DNA of 64,000 nt. Origin: Gemmatimonadota bacterium. Its GTDB lineage: Bacteria > Gemmatimonadota > Gemmatimonadetes > Palauibacterales > Palauibacteraceae. Under the pieces are notes generated by a model, which had not been told where the DNA came from, searched no databases, and worked only from the letters and a program-made list of their open reading frames with translations. Position numbers and translations under genes: made by a program. Shown here piece after piece: positions 1-8,711 of this stretch (position 1 is the first letter of the stretch; every line of letters starts with the position of its first letter). The DNA is taken from positions 768,001-832,000 of the forward strand of contig OY762926.1 of assembly GCA_963666735.1 (NCBI GenBank), given 5' to 3'.

Positions 1-328
1 CGAGGAAGAGCAGCTGGACGTCGTGGGCCGCCAGTTCGTAGCGGGGCCGGTTGTTGAACTCGTCCGCCCCCTCGCCGGCCGGAGCGTACTTGACCTGGAG
101 CACATGGTCGCCGGATTGCAGCGTCACGCGGTAGGTGCGCTCGCCGGGAAGGCCGCGGGACGGCTGTGCGTCGAGGACCTGGATTTCCCCTTCGCGGAGG
201 ATCCTGTCGATCTCGGCGATGGGGAGGAGGAAGTTCGCGTCCTGGGCCGTCGCCGTTGCCGGCGCCGCCGCGGCGGCCGCCCCCGCGGCGAAGAGCACTG
301 CGCGGAACAGATCGGCGCATCGCATCAT
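1..328 (-). CDS. Secreted hypothetical protein, possibly atypical kinase-like fold (runs off the window edge)
   Basis: ATG at 328 overlaps the TGA of the upstream HK (ATGA). Manual translation MMRCADLFRAVLFAAGAAAAAAPATATAQDANFLLP...VLQVKYAP...FNNRPRYELAAHDVQLLFL has an A-x-A signal peptide. Confidence 0.6.
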   Translation of the reverse strand, partial: MMRCADLFRAVLFAAGAAAAAAPATATAQDANFLLPIAEIDRILREGEIQVLDAQPSRGLPGERTYRVTLQSGDHVLQVKYAPAGEGADEFNNRPRYELAAHDVQLLFL

Positions 329-1137
329 TCCGCAGCCTCCTTCCGTGCGGGACCCGTGGGCTGCCGAAGCGGCAGGCGTACGTCGAACGCCGTCCCCCGG
401 CCCGGTTCGCTCTCGACCGAGATGTCCCCTCCGTGCTGGTGTACGATCTGGAGTGTGATCGCGAGACCCAGCCCCATCCCGATCCGCTCGCCCTTGGTCG
501 TGAATCCGGGTTCGAAGATCTCCCCGATGACGCCGCTCGGGATGCCCCGGCCCGTGTCGGCGATGCGGATGCGCGCGCGGTCCCCTTCCACGCGCGTCCC
601 GATCGTGAGTACGCCTCCATCCATGGCCTGGGCCGCGTTGTGCACGAGGTTCATGAACACCTGGTTGATCCGGTTCGGATGGCACACCACCAGCGGCAGG
701 TCGCCGAAGTCGCGGACGACCTCGACCTCCTTCAGCTCGTGCCCCAAAAGGGCCAGCGAACCCTCGATGCCTTCGTGAAGGTCTACGGGACGAGGCTCGG
801 AGGTCGTGGGCCGCCCGAAGTTCTTCAGGTTCCGTACGAGGTTCACCATGCGTTCCACGGCGATGCCGTTGGTTCGCAGCACCGATTCGGTCGCGCGCAC
901 GACGCGACGGACCTCATCGAGTTCGTCCGGCGTGACGACTTCATCCTCGAGGATTTCCCCGAGCTTGAGGAGCGCGCGCTCGATGACGTGGTGGTTGCTG
1001 TTCAGGGCTCCCAACGGGGTGTTGAGTTCGTGCGCGATCCCCGCGACCAGCGTGCCCAGCGTCGCGAGGCGAGCCTGCGTGATCTCCCGGGCCGTCGGCC
1101 CCAGTCCCGGCTCGATCACAGGAAGGCCTGGATCCAC
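325..1137 (-). CDS. Cytoplasmic sensor histidine kinase (HisKA + HATPase_c, no input domain)
   Basis: H-box AGIAHELNTP, N-box QVFMNLVHNA, G1 DTGRGI, F-box FEPGFTTK, G2 GMGLGL. Start taken as GTG 1137. Confidence 0.9.
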   Translation of the reverse strand: MDPGLPVIEPGLGPTAREITQARLATLGTLVAGIAHELNTPLGALNSNHHVIERALLKLGEILEDEVVTPDELDEVRRVVRATESVLRTNGIAVERMVNLVRNLKNFGRPTTSEPRPVDLHEGIEGSLALLGHELKEVEVVRDFGDLPLVVCHPNRINQVFMNLVHNAAQAMDGGVLTIGTRVEGDRARIRIADTGRGIPSGVIGEIFEPGFTTKGERIGMGLGLAITLQIVHQHGGDISVESEPGRGTAFDVRLPLRQPTGPARKEAAE

Positions 1138-1601
1138 CGCTGCCGGAGTCCGGCGAGTTCGTCGTGCGCCGCCTCGAGTTCGGCCATGCGTTCGGTCAGG
1201 GCGCTGAAGAGAAGGCTTCGCTCGACCCCGTTGCGGATGGCGAAGGCGAGCGCGTCGTTGTTCCACGGCTTCTCAAGGTACTGGTAGAGGCCGGCCTCGT
1301 TGATGGCCAGGATGGCGTTCTCCTTGTCGGCGTAGCCTGTGAGCAGGATCCGGGTCGCCTCCGGCCGCATCTTGCGGGCTCTCGTAAGGAACTGCACGCC
1401 GTCGAGGTCCGGCATCATGAGGTCGGCCACGATCGCGTGGACGGGTTCCTTCTCGAGGTGGGCGAGGGCGGCGCGCGCGGATGTGAAGGGGCGCACCAAG
1501 TGGTCCGTTTCCAGCTCCAGGAACCCCTGAATGGCATCGACGACCATGTCCTCGTCGTCGACGACCATCACGGTGCCGGCGTCAGGTCTGATCTCATCCA
1601 T
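1116..1601 (-). CDS. Response regulator (REC domain + C-terminal coiled-coil tail)
   Basis: VMVVDDE, ADLMMPDLDG, LLTGY, YLEKPW motifs. Confidence 0.92.
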   Translation of the reverse strand: MDEIRPDAGTVMVVDDEDMVVDAIQGFLELETDHLVRPFTSARAALAHLEKEPVHAIVADLMMPDLDGVQFLTRARKMRPEATRILLTGYADKENAILAINEAGLYQYLEKPWNNDALAFAIRNGVERSLLFSALTERMAELEAAHDELAGLRQRWIQAFL

Positions 1602-1607
1602 GTCGGA

Positions 1608-4600
1608 TCATGTCATCGCCAGGCCGCGAACGCGACTCGCGAGTCCGCGAAGCAGGTCGAGGCCGAGTTCGGGGTGGTCGATGAGAAGGTCGCGAAAGTC
1701 CTCGCTGGTGATGCGCAGCACGCGGGTGGGTTCGACGGCGTGCGCTTCGACGAGACTGGGATGTTCGTCGATCAGGGCCCACGTCCCGAACGCCTCTCCA
1801 TCCGTGAGGGAAATCGATTCCTCTCCCGCCCCCTCGAGTGAGACTTCGCCGTGGATCACGAGGTAGAGCGCGTCCGTCGGCTCCCCCCTGCGGATGAAGA
1901 CGGCGTCCGGCCGCACCTCGACCTCCCTCGCGATGGAGGCGAGGAGCGCGAGTTGCCGACTTTTCACGCCCGAGAGGAGATCCACGCTCTGCAGGCGAAA
2001 CACCTTTTCGATCAGTTCCATCTCTTCCTCGTCTCGCTCGTCCCCCGGATCCTGTGCGGGGGTCTCGGCCCGCCGCCCAAGGCGGTGGGCCACACGCGCC
2101 AGCGCCGGTTCCGCCGGCCCAAAACCGCGGAGGGCCTCTGCCATCGCGTCGCGGTCGATTTCGAAGGAGGTCCGGAGCGCACACCTCGCGATCCAGGCAT
2201 CCTCATCGTCCCACAGCTCCCGCAGGACCTCTCCCGCCTCGCGCGCAGGCTCCCGCGGGGCCTCCTCCGCCAGCACCGGTCTGAGGTCGGAGAACGTGCG
2301 GTGTCCGACCGTGGTCTCGATCCACTCCAGGGCGTTCGCCCGCCGGCGCGGCCGTCCACTCTCGATGGCCAGGTAGCTGCGCCTCATCGGCTGCTCGGGA
2401 TATACGAGCCCCAGCCACCGAAAGACACTCGCCCGCCGATCCCGCCTCGCCTCATCGAGCGCTCGGAGGAGCAGCGTCCGGGGCATCGACGCCGGCACAC
2501 CCTCGAGTGCGGTGGCGGCGCGTGCGTAGCGCAGGGACGCGCGAACCTCGCGCTCCACGGCCTCCAGCACCCGCTCCGCCGGAAAAGTGAGGTGCTCATG
2601 CTGTGTGCGCAGCCGGTGGAGCGATACGAGGGCCTGGTCGTCGAGCGCCTGTTCGGTTTCCGGCAGCAGGTAGGAGGTGACGAGGGCATCGATCGTCGCA
2701 GGGGTCGCGATCTCGCCGAGTACGCTCGCGACGCCCCGGCGTACCCAGGGGTCGGCGGCCGGGTCGGAAAGTGCCGCAAGCAGAGGCGTGACGATCTCCT
2801 CGCCCCGCCCCGCCAGGCCGTCGCGCGCCGCGCTCCGGGTCCGCGGGATCGCGAGAGATGCGATGGCCGCCCGCACGAGGGCCGGCTGGGGGAGCCGGGC
2901 TGCGCTCCGCGCGGCCGCCGCCGCGACATCATCGCGGGGGTGGGCGACGAGTTCCGGAAGAACCCCCTCCACCGCGGGGTGCCCGGGGACGAGGCCCGCC
3001 GCCATCGCCAACTCCCGGGCGCCGGATCCTTCGAGTGCGCCCCTCTCATGTTCCCGCAGCAGGTGTTCGAAGCGGGGGGTCGCGATGCGTTCGGCCCGGC
3101 TGGCGCCAAAGTCGCTGAACAGGCAGTCGAACGCGGCCGAGCGGGCGTTCGTCGACTTCGAGTCGAGGAGGGGGATGAGAACATCGCGCGCCCGCGGCGC
3201 CGCCTTCAGGGCGAGGAGCCGGGCGGCGGCGCGCCGCACGGCCGAATCCGGATCCTCGAGCCGGGCCCGCACCGCCTCCTCGTTTGAGAGGCCGGGGGCC
3301 CGGGAAAGCGATCGCAGCGCCCGCGCCCGGAGGCCGGGGTTCTCATGCTCAAGGAGGCCGTACAGTTCCGGCGAAAGCGCCTCGATGTCCTCCGGCGTGG
3401 CACCGCGCAGCAAGTCGAAGGCGAACGCGACCCTCAGCGGCCGCTCATCCCGCAGCGCGTCGCGCGCGAGCGCGAGCGCGCCCACGTCCGCCATCGACAC
3501 GAAGGTCCCGCGCAGGCTCGCGAAGCGTCCCTCGAAGGACTGAGCCAGGCTCGTGACGTACGACTTTCGCACTTTGAGGAAGGCGAGCAGCAGGACGCCC
3601 GCCAGACCGACGCCGACGACCCCGAGGATCATGAGCCGGCCCGTGATCGAAAGGCCGGCGAGAGCGAGCGAAGGGATTGCGATGAGCACCCCGGAGAGCG
3701 CCTTCCCCAACCCTTTCTCCACCGCCACGTCGATGTACGACTTCGCCTTGAGCTTGATGTCGTCCGGGACGGGGACGTAGAGGATCTCGCGGCCCGTGCG
3801 CTCGGCGGAATAACGGAACGTCTTCTCCGTCGTCCGGGCCCCGACGGCGACGGCGAGCGCGGCGGCGGACAGCCACACGGCGGCGGCGAGAGCCCCGGTC
3901 GCGAGGATCACGGCCACGGGGAAGATGATGACGGCGACCCCGGCGCCCCAGCGGCGCAGGACCGGACGCAGCGCGAGGAGGACGACGATCGGGAGCCATT
4001 GCGTGAGGACATCGACGAAGGCCAGAAAGCCCGCGATCGCGCCCAGGTCGGTGAAGACCTCGCGCGTGAGCGTGTTGTACTGGTAGTCGATGAACTGTTT
4101 GACGACGATCGTCAGGAGCACCGTGGCCGCGATGAGCCGCACCTGAGGGTGCGCCGCCATGCGCCGCAGGTCGCTGCGCTCAAGTTCGGGATCTTCCGCG
4201 TACGCGTGCTCCGGCGGCGGCGCCGGCGGCTCCCGCGACCAAATGAGAGCGAGGCCGCCCGCCAGCACGAGGAGCGCGGCGCCCGCCACGAGAAGCAGGT
4301 TCTCCGACGGTCCTCCGCCCGAGGCGAAGACGGTCGTGAGGAGCGCCCCGAGCGTGGCCCCGACCGAACTCGAGGCGATGACGACCGGATAGGCGCGCTT
4401 CGCATCGCGAGCGTTGTAGAAGACCTGCGTCGCCATGTAGAAGTGCGTGACGAGCGAGGCCGCCAACACGTCGTACCACCCGTAGAAGACGAACCCGAAC
4501 CACGCCGCTCCCGGTTGGTAGATGAGGCGGAAGGCGACCATGCTCAGGGCGAAGAACGCCGCCGTAAGCGGGATGAGGCGGCGCCACGAGATGCGGTCCG

Positions 4601-4811
4601 AGAGGTAGTTGTAGAACGGAGCGACGACCACCACGGCCGCGCTGATGAAGTACACCTGGTAGAAATCGCCCGCGGCGAGTCCCGAGAGAGCGAAGGCGCT
4701 GCGCAGCGGACGCAGGATCCCGATGACGAAGAGGACGAGCGCCGCCAACCCCATCATGGCGAGCAGCTTCCCCGCCCCGGCTCTCCGCGCGAAGACCCCG
4801 CCGAGCCTCAC
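1608..4811 (-). CDS. NTT/Npt-like (ATP/ADP translocase-type) MFS transporter fused to HEAT repeats and a C-terminal cNMP-binding domain
   Basis: ~12 TM N-terminus with RDAKRAYP, RYSAERTGREILYVPV and KAKSYIDVAV motifs, helical HEAT-like middle, C-terminal LQSVDLL...GEAFGTWAL cNMP domain. GTG start with GAAGGAG RBS. Confidence 0.82.
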   Translation of the reverse strand: MRLGGVFARRAGAGKLLAMMGLAALVLFVIGILRPLRSAFALSGLAAGDFYQVYFISAAVVVVAPFYNYLSDRISWRRLIPLTAAFFALSMVAFRLIYQPGAAWFGFVFYGWYDVLAASLVTHFYMATQVFYNARDAKRAYPVVIASSSVGATLGALLTTVFASGGGPSENLLLVAGAALLVLAGGLALIWSREPPAPPPEHAYAEDPELERSDLRRMAAHPQVRLIAATVLLTIVVKQFIDYQYNTLTREVFTDLGAIAGFLAFVDVLTQWLPIVVLLALRPVLRRWGAGVAVIIFPVAVILATGALAAAVWLSAAALAVAVGARTTEKTFRYSAERTGREILYVPVPDDIKLKAKSYIDVAVEKGLGKALSGVLIAIPSLALAGLSITGRLMILGVVGVGLAGVLLLAFLKVRKSYVTSLAQSFEGRFASLRGTFVSMADVGALALARDALRDERPLRVAFAFDLLRGATPEDIEALSPELYGLLEHENPGLRARALRSLSRAPGLSNEEAVRARLEDPDSAVRRAAARLLALKAAPRARDVLIPLLDSKSTNARSAAFDCLFSDFGASRAERIATPRFEHLLREHERGALEGSGARELAMAAGLVPGHPAVEGVLPELVAHPRDDVAAAAARSAARLPQPALVRAAIASLAIPRTRSAARDGLAGRGEEIVTPLLAALSDPAADPWVRRGVASVLGEIATPATIDALVTSYLLPETEQALDDQALVSLHRLRTQHEHLTFPAERVLEAVEREVRASLRYARAATALEGVPASMPRTLLLRALDEARRDRRASVFRWLGLVYPEQPMRRSYLAIESGRPRRRANALEWIETTVGHRTFSDLRPVLAEEAPREPAREAGEVLRELWDDEDAWIARCALRTSFEIDRDAMAEALRGFGPAEPALARVAHRLGRRAETPAQDPGDERDEEEMELIEKVFRLQSVDLLSGVKSRQLALLASIAREVEVRPDAVFIRRGEPTDALYLVIHGEVSLEGAGEESISLTDGEAFGTWALIDEHPSLVEAHAVEPTRVLRITSEDFRDLLIDHPELGLDLLRGLASRVRGLAMT

Positions 4812-4868
4812 GTCTTCTCCTTCGCCGGGGTGGCTTCGACCTCCCGGGCGGCCCATCTTTCGGGACTT

Positions 4869-4942
4869 CGGGGCGTGGCGCAGTCCGGTAGCGCACCTGC
4901 TTTGGGAGCAGGGGGTCGCCGGTTCAAATCCGGCCGCCCCGA
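4869..4942 (+). tRNA. tRNA-Pro (TGG)
   Basis: CGGGGCG/CGCCCCG acceptor stem, anticodon arm CCTGC-TTTGGGA-GCAGG, GGTTCAAATCC T-arm, CCA not encoded. Confidence 0.96.
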
Positions 4943-5571
4943 TTCCGCAGGACTTCCCTTTCGATCCATCCCCTGGCCCGCCGGACCGCCTTCGCTCGAT
5001 GGCTGGTCGCCGTCTTCACCGCGGCGGGCAGCTCCGCGTACGTGCGGTCGTGGCCCTCCGGCACGAAGAGCGGGTCGTAGCCGAAGCCTCCCGAGCCGCC
5101 CGGCCGGCACGCGATTCGGCCGCGCACGATGCCCTCGACCACTTCATGGCACAGATCGTCGGTGAGCGCGACCGCGCAGCGATAGTGGGCCCCGCGGCGT
5201 TCCTCCCCGACGCTCTCCAGCTGTTCGAGCAGCCAGCGATTGTTCGCTTCGTCCCGCCCCCGGCGCGCGACCAGCTCCGGCGGAGCGAAGCGCCGGGTTC
5301 GCACGCCCGGGCCGCCCCCGAGGGCGTCCACGCAGAGGCCGGAATCATCCGCGAGCACGGGCAGGCCGGACCGGCGGTGAAAGTACTTCGCCTTCGACAG
5401 GGCGTTGCGCGCGAAGGTATCGAAGGGTTCGAGATCTCCCTCTTCCTCGCGCTCGGGAAGACCGAGGTCCTCCGGGCCCAGCAGCCGGACCGGAAGGTCG
5501 GCGAGGAGGCCGCGGATTTCGCGGAGTTTGTGGGCGCTGCGCGTGGCGACGAGCACCGGAGGCGGGTTCAA
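4924..5571 (-). CDS. rdgB: Non-canonical purine NTP pyrophosphatase (RdgB/HAM1)
   Basis: VATRSAHK, LADDSGL, GFGYDPLF, SHRAKA motifs. TTG start overlaps the upstream stop. Confidence 0.92.
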   Translation of the reverse strand: MNPPPVLVATRSAHKLREIRGLLADLPVRLLGPEDLGLPEREEEGDLEPFDTFARNALSKAKYFHRRSGLPVLADDSGLCVDALGGGPGVRTRRFAPPELVARRGRDEANNRWLLEQLESVGEERRGAHYRCAVALTDDLCHEVVEGIVRGRIACRPGGSGGFGYDPLFVPEGHDRTYAELPAAVKTATSHRAKAVRRARGWIEREVLRNRGGRI

Positions 5572-6530
5572 TCCGCCCAAAGACTCTCCGCCGCGAGACT
5601 TTCCGCGAACTCCGGGTAGACCTTCCACAGGTATCCGCCCATGACAAGCGCCGCGAGGATGTTGCCGACGAGAATCGACCACCAGGCGAGTTCATCGAGA
5701 ATCCAGCCGCCCAGCATCGCGACCATGGCGACGAAGAAGACCTCGAAGACGACGAACAGCACGATGATGCCGAGGGCGAGCGGGGGGAACCGGGACACCT
5801 GTCTCGCGAGGCCGGAGACCGCGACGCCGAACAACACGAAGAACGCGAAGTGGGCGAGCGTGTAGCCGAGGATCGGCGCGAAGGAGATCTCGACCGCGGC
5901 CGGCGTGGGAGCGCCGCGGAAGAGCACCGTCGCCAGCGCCGCCGGCGTATAGAGGGGCTGCCGGAGCATGGTGTCGATGATGAGGAACCAGAGTGCGACG
6001 ACGAGGGCGCCGAGGAGCCCCGCGTAGATGCCGTGCCGCGTCACCCGGTGCGTCTGGAGGAAGTTCATCATCCCCACGATGCCGGGTTCGGAGCTCACCC
6101 AGTGCATGTGGGTGAACATCACGACCCCGGCGAGCGCGTTCCCGAAGAAGACGGCGGGCCACCCCGGCGCGGACATCACGAGTCCGGAAGGCGCCCGGAT
6201 GAGGCCGATGTAGAACGCGAGCGAGCACACGAAGAGCCCGTACAGCGCGCCGATGAACACGTTTCGGGGGAGGCCCGCCCACTGGACGAGCGCCGCGGCC
6301 AGCATCCCGAGCCCGGCCCAGGCGGTGAAGTGGATGAAGGTGAAGCCCACGATGATCCCGGTCGTGGCCTCGACCTCCGCGCGGCTGATGATCGCCCCCC
6401 AGAGGAAGGCCGGCGTCTGAAGCGGGGTCCCCTGCCCGAGGTCGTAGAAGTAGAAGAGCACGGCGAGAACGACCCCCCCCAGCAGCCCTCCGGCGAGCCC
6501 GGCCCGGATCCTGCGCCTCAGCGTCAGCAT
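5568..6530 (-). CDS. Hypothetical integral membrane protein made of two homologous halves
   Basis: ~8 TM segments. Halves share G-x3-GLLG...P(LQ/LY)TPA...HF. Last gene of the oxidase run. Confidence 0.75.
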   Translation of the reverse strand: MLTLRRRIRAGLAGGLLGGVVLAVLFYFYDLGQGTPLQTPAFLWGAIISRAEVEATTGIIVGFTFIHFTAWAGLGMLAAALVQWAGLPRNVFIGALYGLFVCSLAFYIGLIRAPSGLVMSAPGWPAVFFGNALAGVVMFTHMHWVSSEPGIVGMMNFLQTHRVTRHGIYAGLLGALVVALWFLIIDTMLRQPLYTPAALATVLFRGAPTPAAVEISFAPILGYTLAHFAFFVLFGVAVSGLARQVSRFPPLALGIIVLFVVFEVFFVAMVAMLGGWILDELAWWSILVGNILAALVMGGYLWKVYPEFAESLAAESLWAD

Positions 6531-6534
6531 GGCG

Positions 6535-6777
6535 TCAGCACGCGGAGTCCACGTCGGCCGCGCGGGCCTCCTCCCATTCGCGCTGCTCTTCCAGGGCTCT
6601 CTCGACCTCTTGCTGGCGCTGCCGGCGGCGCGCCCGGAAGATCCCGCCTCCGATCACGATCAGAAGCAGGTAGGGCATCGCCGCCATGAAGACGAACATC
6701 AGGACGTATCCCGCCTGTTCGTCCGGCGTATGCTGCATCTGCGGGGCCGCCGCGAGGGCGGCGAAAGTGTTCGGCAC
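6535..6777 (-). CDS. Small single-TM protein associated with the oxidase operon
   Basis: One TM segment (YVLMFVFMAAMPYLLLIVIGGGIF) followed by a charged tail. Fills the gap between ctaB and the next gene. Start uncertain. Confidence 0.55.
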   Translation of the reverse strand: MPNTFAALAAAPQMQHTPDEQAGYVLMFVFMAAMPYLLLIVIGGGIFRARRRQRQQEVERALEEQREWEEARAADVDSAC

Positions 6778-6782
6778 GGCTG

Positions 6783-7706
6783 CTACAGCTTGTCGAGGAC
6801 GAGGACCGCCATGAGCAATGGAAGATACAGGATCGAGGCCCGGAACAGACCTCGGGCGCTCGCCGGCGTCGCGGAGCGGGCAAACCGGAACGCGGTCCAC
6901 AGGAAGAAACCCCCGAGGCCAAGCGCGACCGCGAAGTAGACGACGCCCGTGAGACCGAGGACGCTCGGCAGCAGGCTCACCGGAATGAGGGTCAGCGCGT
7001 AGAGCAGCGCCTGGTGACGCGTCTGCCGACCCTCGAAGTCGCCGACGGAGAGCATGCGCAGCCCCGCCGCCCGGTAATCGTCGCGGAGCAGCCAGGCCAG
7101 GGCGAGAAAGTGCGGCAACTGCCAGAGGAAGAGGATCGCGAACAGAGCCCAGCCGCCGGGAGCGAGCTGCCCGGTCGCGGCGGTCCAGCCGCCGAGGATC
7201 GGCAGCGCGCCGGGCACCGCCCCCACGACGGTGGAAAGCGAATGCACCCGCTTGAGCGGCGTGTAGACGAAGTCGTAGGAGATGAAGGTGGCGAGCGCGA
7301 GGCCCGCGGTGATCGGATTGACCGCGATCCACAGCCACGCGATCCCCGCCGCCGCCAGGACCCCGGAGACGACGGCGGCCGGTGGCGTCGCGATCCGGCC
7401 GGCGGGCAGGGGACGCGCGCGCGTTCGGCCCATGAGCGCGTCCACATCCCGCTCCAGCACCTGGTTCATCGCACTCGTCCCGGAGGCGACGAGCGCCACG
7501 CCGGCCATGGCGTGCGCGAACAGAATGAAATCGAAGCTGGCCGCGCCGAGGAGGAAGCCGGCCGCCGCGGTCGCGACCACGAGCGCCGTGATGCGCGGCT
7601 TCGTGAGCTCGAGGTACGAGGGAAGCGTCCCGCGAATCGAGTGGACCCGTCTCGAGATCCCGCCGAGCGGCATCCCGCGGGCCTTCAGCAGACTTCCGGC
7701 TTCCAC
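6783..7706 (-). CDS. ctaB: Protoheme IX farnesyltransferase (heme o synthase)
   Basis: LTKPRI, NQVLERDVDALMGRTRARPLP, YTPLKR, WQLPHF. Confidence 0.95.
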   Translation of the reverse strand: MEAGSLLKARGMPLGGISRRVHSIRGTLPSYLELTKPRITALVVATAAAGFLLGAASFDFILFAHAMAGVALVASGTSAMNQVLERDVDALMGRTRARPLPAGRIATPPAAVVSGVLAAAGIAWLWIAVNPITAGLALATFISYDFVYTPLKRVHSLSTVVGAVPGALPILGGWTAATGQLAPGGWALFAILFLWQLPHFLALAWLLRDDYRAAGLRMLSVGDFEGRQTRHQALLYALTLIPVSLLPSVLGLTGVVYFAVALGLGGFFLWTAFRFARSATPASARGLFRASILYLPLLMAVLVLDKL

Positions 7707-7719
7707 GGCGGCGGCGGCG

Positions 7720-8025
7720 CTACACGTACTCCATCATGATCGCGATGATCATGATGGCCACCGCCGGCAGCGGCGCCAGCGCCACGAGCCGCAGGCGGTT
7801 GGGTTCGAACTTCAGATGCATGTAGTAGAGCGCGACCAGCAGCGCCTTCCAGACGGCCATGACGAGCAGCGACACCACGATCATCCACTTCGGGATCGCG
7901 AGGAACGCGACGAATACCTCCGCGATCGTGAGGATGGCCAGGTACAGCCAGATGAGCATGTACTTCGGCTGCTCGTGCGCATGATCGTCCGCGGCGCTCG
8001 CCGCGTGTCCTCCGGCTTCACTCAT
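7720..8025 (-). CDS. Cytochrome c oxidase subunit IV family protein
   Basis: 3 TM segments, KALLVALYYMHLKFE motif, position in cox operon. Confidence 0.88.
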   Translation of the reverse strand: MSEAGGHAASAADDHAHEQPKYMLIWLYLAILTIAEVFVAFLAIPKWMIVVSLLVMAVWKALLVALYYMHLKFEPNRLRLVALAPLPAVAIMIIAIMMEYV

Positions 8026-8067
8026 TCGTTCGCTCCGTAGCTCTCGGCGCCAACCGCCCCGGCGCGG

Positions 8068-8682
8068 CTAGATCAGGTATACGATCGTGAACAGGATGAT
8101 CCACACGAGGTCGACGAAGTGCCAGTAGAGGCCGAGCACTTCGATCCCGTGCGTGTTGTCCGCGCCCCAGTGCCCCCTGTAGGCGCGGATCGTGGCCCAT
8201 GCAAGGCAGATCACGCCGAGCAGGACGTGGAAGCCGTGAAAGCCCGTCATCGTGAAGAAGGTGGCCCCGTACAGCCCGGCGGCGGGCGTGAACCCGTGGC
8301 TGCCTTCCCAGGACTGGTGCAGCACGAGTTCCGTGTACTCGTAGATCTGCACGCCGAGGAAGGTGGCTCCCAGGAGTGTCGTCAACAGGAGCCAGAGCCG
8401 AATGCCCCGCTGGTCCCCCGCCTGCGCGGCCGCGAACGCCTTCACCATCGTCACGGAACTGCAGATGAGAAGGAACGTGTTGATCGCGGTCACCGTAACG
8501 TTCAATACGTCGCCGGGTTCCGCCCACGTGTCGGCGGCCCCGAACCGGAGCACGACGTACGAGCCGATGAGGCCCGCGAAGAACATCACCTCCGAGCACA
8601 GAAACACCCACATTCCCACCTTCTGGGTGTAGACATCGAGCCCTCTCTCGGGGACCCGGCCCGCGGTCGCGGCGTGTGCCAT
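8068..8682 (-). CDS. ctaE: Cytochrome c oxidase subunit III
   Basis: GMWVFLCSEVMFF, TGFHGFHV, YWHFVDLVW. Confidence 0.95.
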   Translation of the reverse strand: MAHAATAGRVPERGLDVYTQKVGMWVFLCSEVMFFAGLIGSYVVLRFGAADTWAEPGDVLNVTVTAINTFLLICSSVTMVKAFAAAQAGDQRGIRLWLLLTTLLGATFLGVQIYEYTELVLHQSWEGSHGFTPAAGLYGATFFTMTGFHGFHVLLGVICLAWATIRAYRGHWGADNTHGIEVLGLYWHFVDLVWIILFTIVYLI

Positions 8683-8711
8683 CTCGTCAGTTCCCTTCTG
8701 TGTCTATGCGA

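Noticed and set aside
1116..1137. Response regulator and HK as one frameshifted hybrid kinase
   Set aside because: Both ORFs have plausible ends and starts, and there is no slippery run. It cannot be supported without homologues.
6524..6545. Cys-TGA at the end of the small ORF as a possible selenoprotein (selB/selC are present)
   Set aside because: No SECIS-like hairpin recognised, and the next gene starts 4 nt later. No convincing Sec-UGA gene was seen anywhere in the window.
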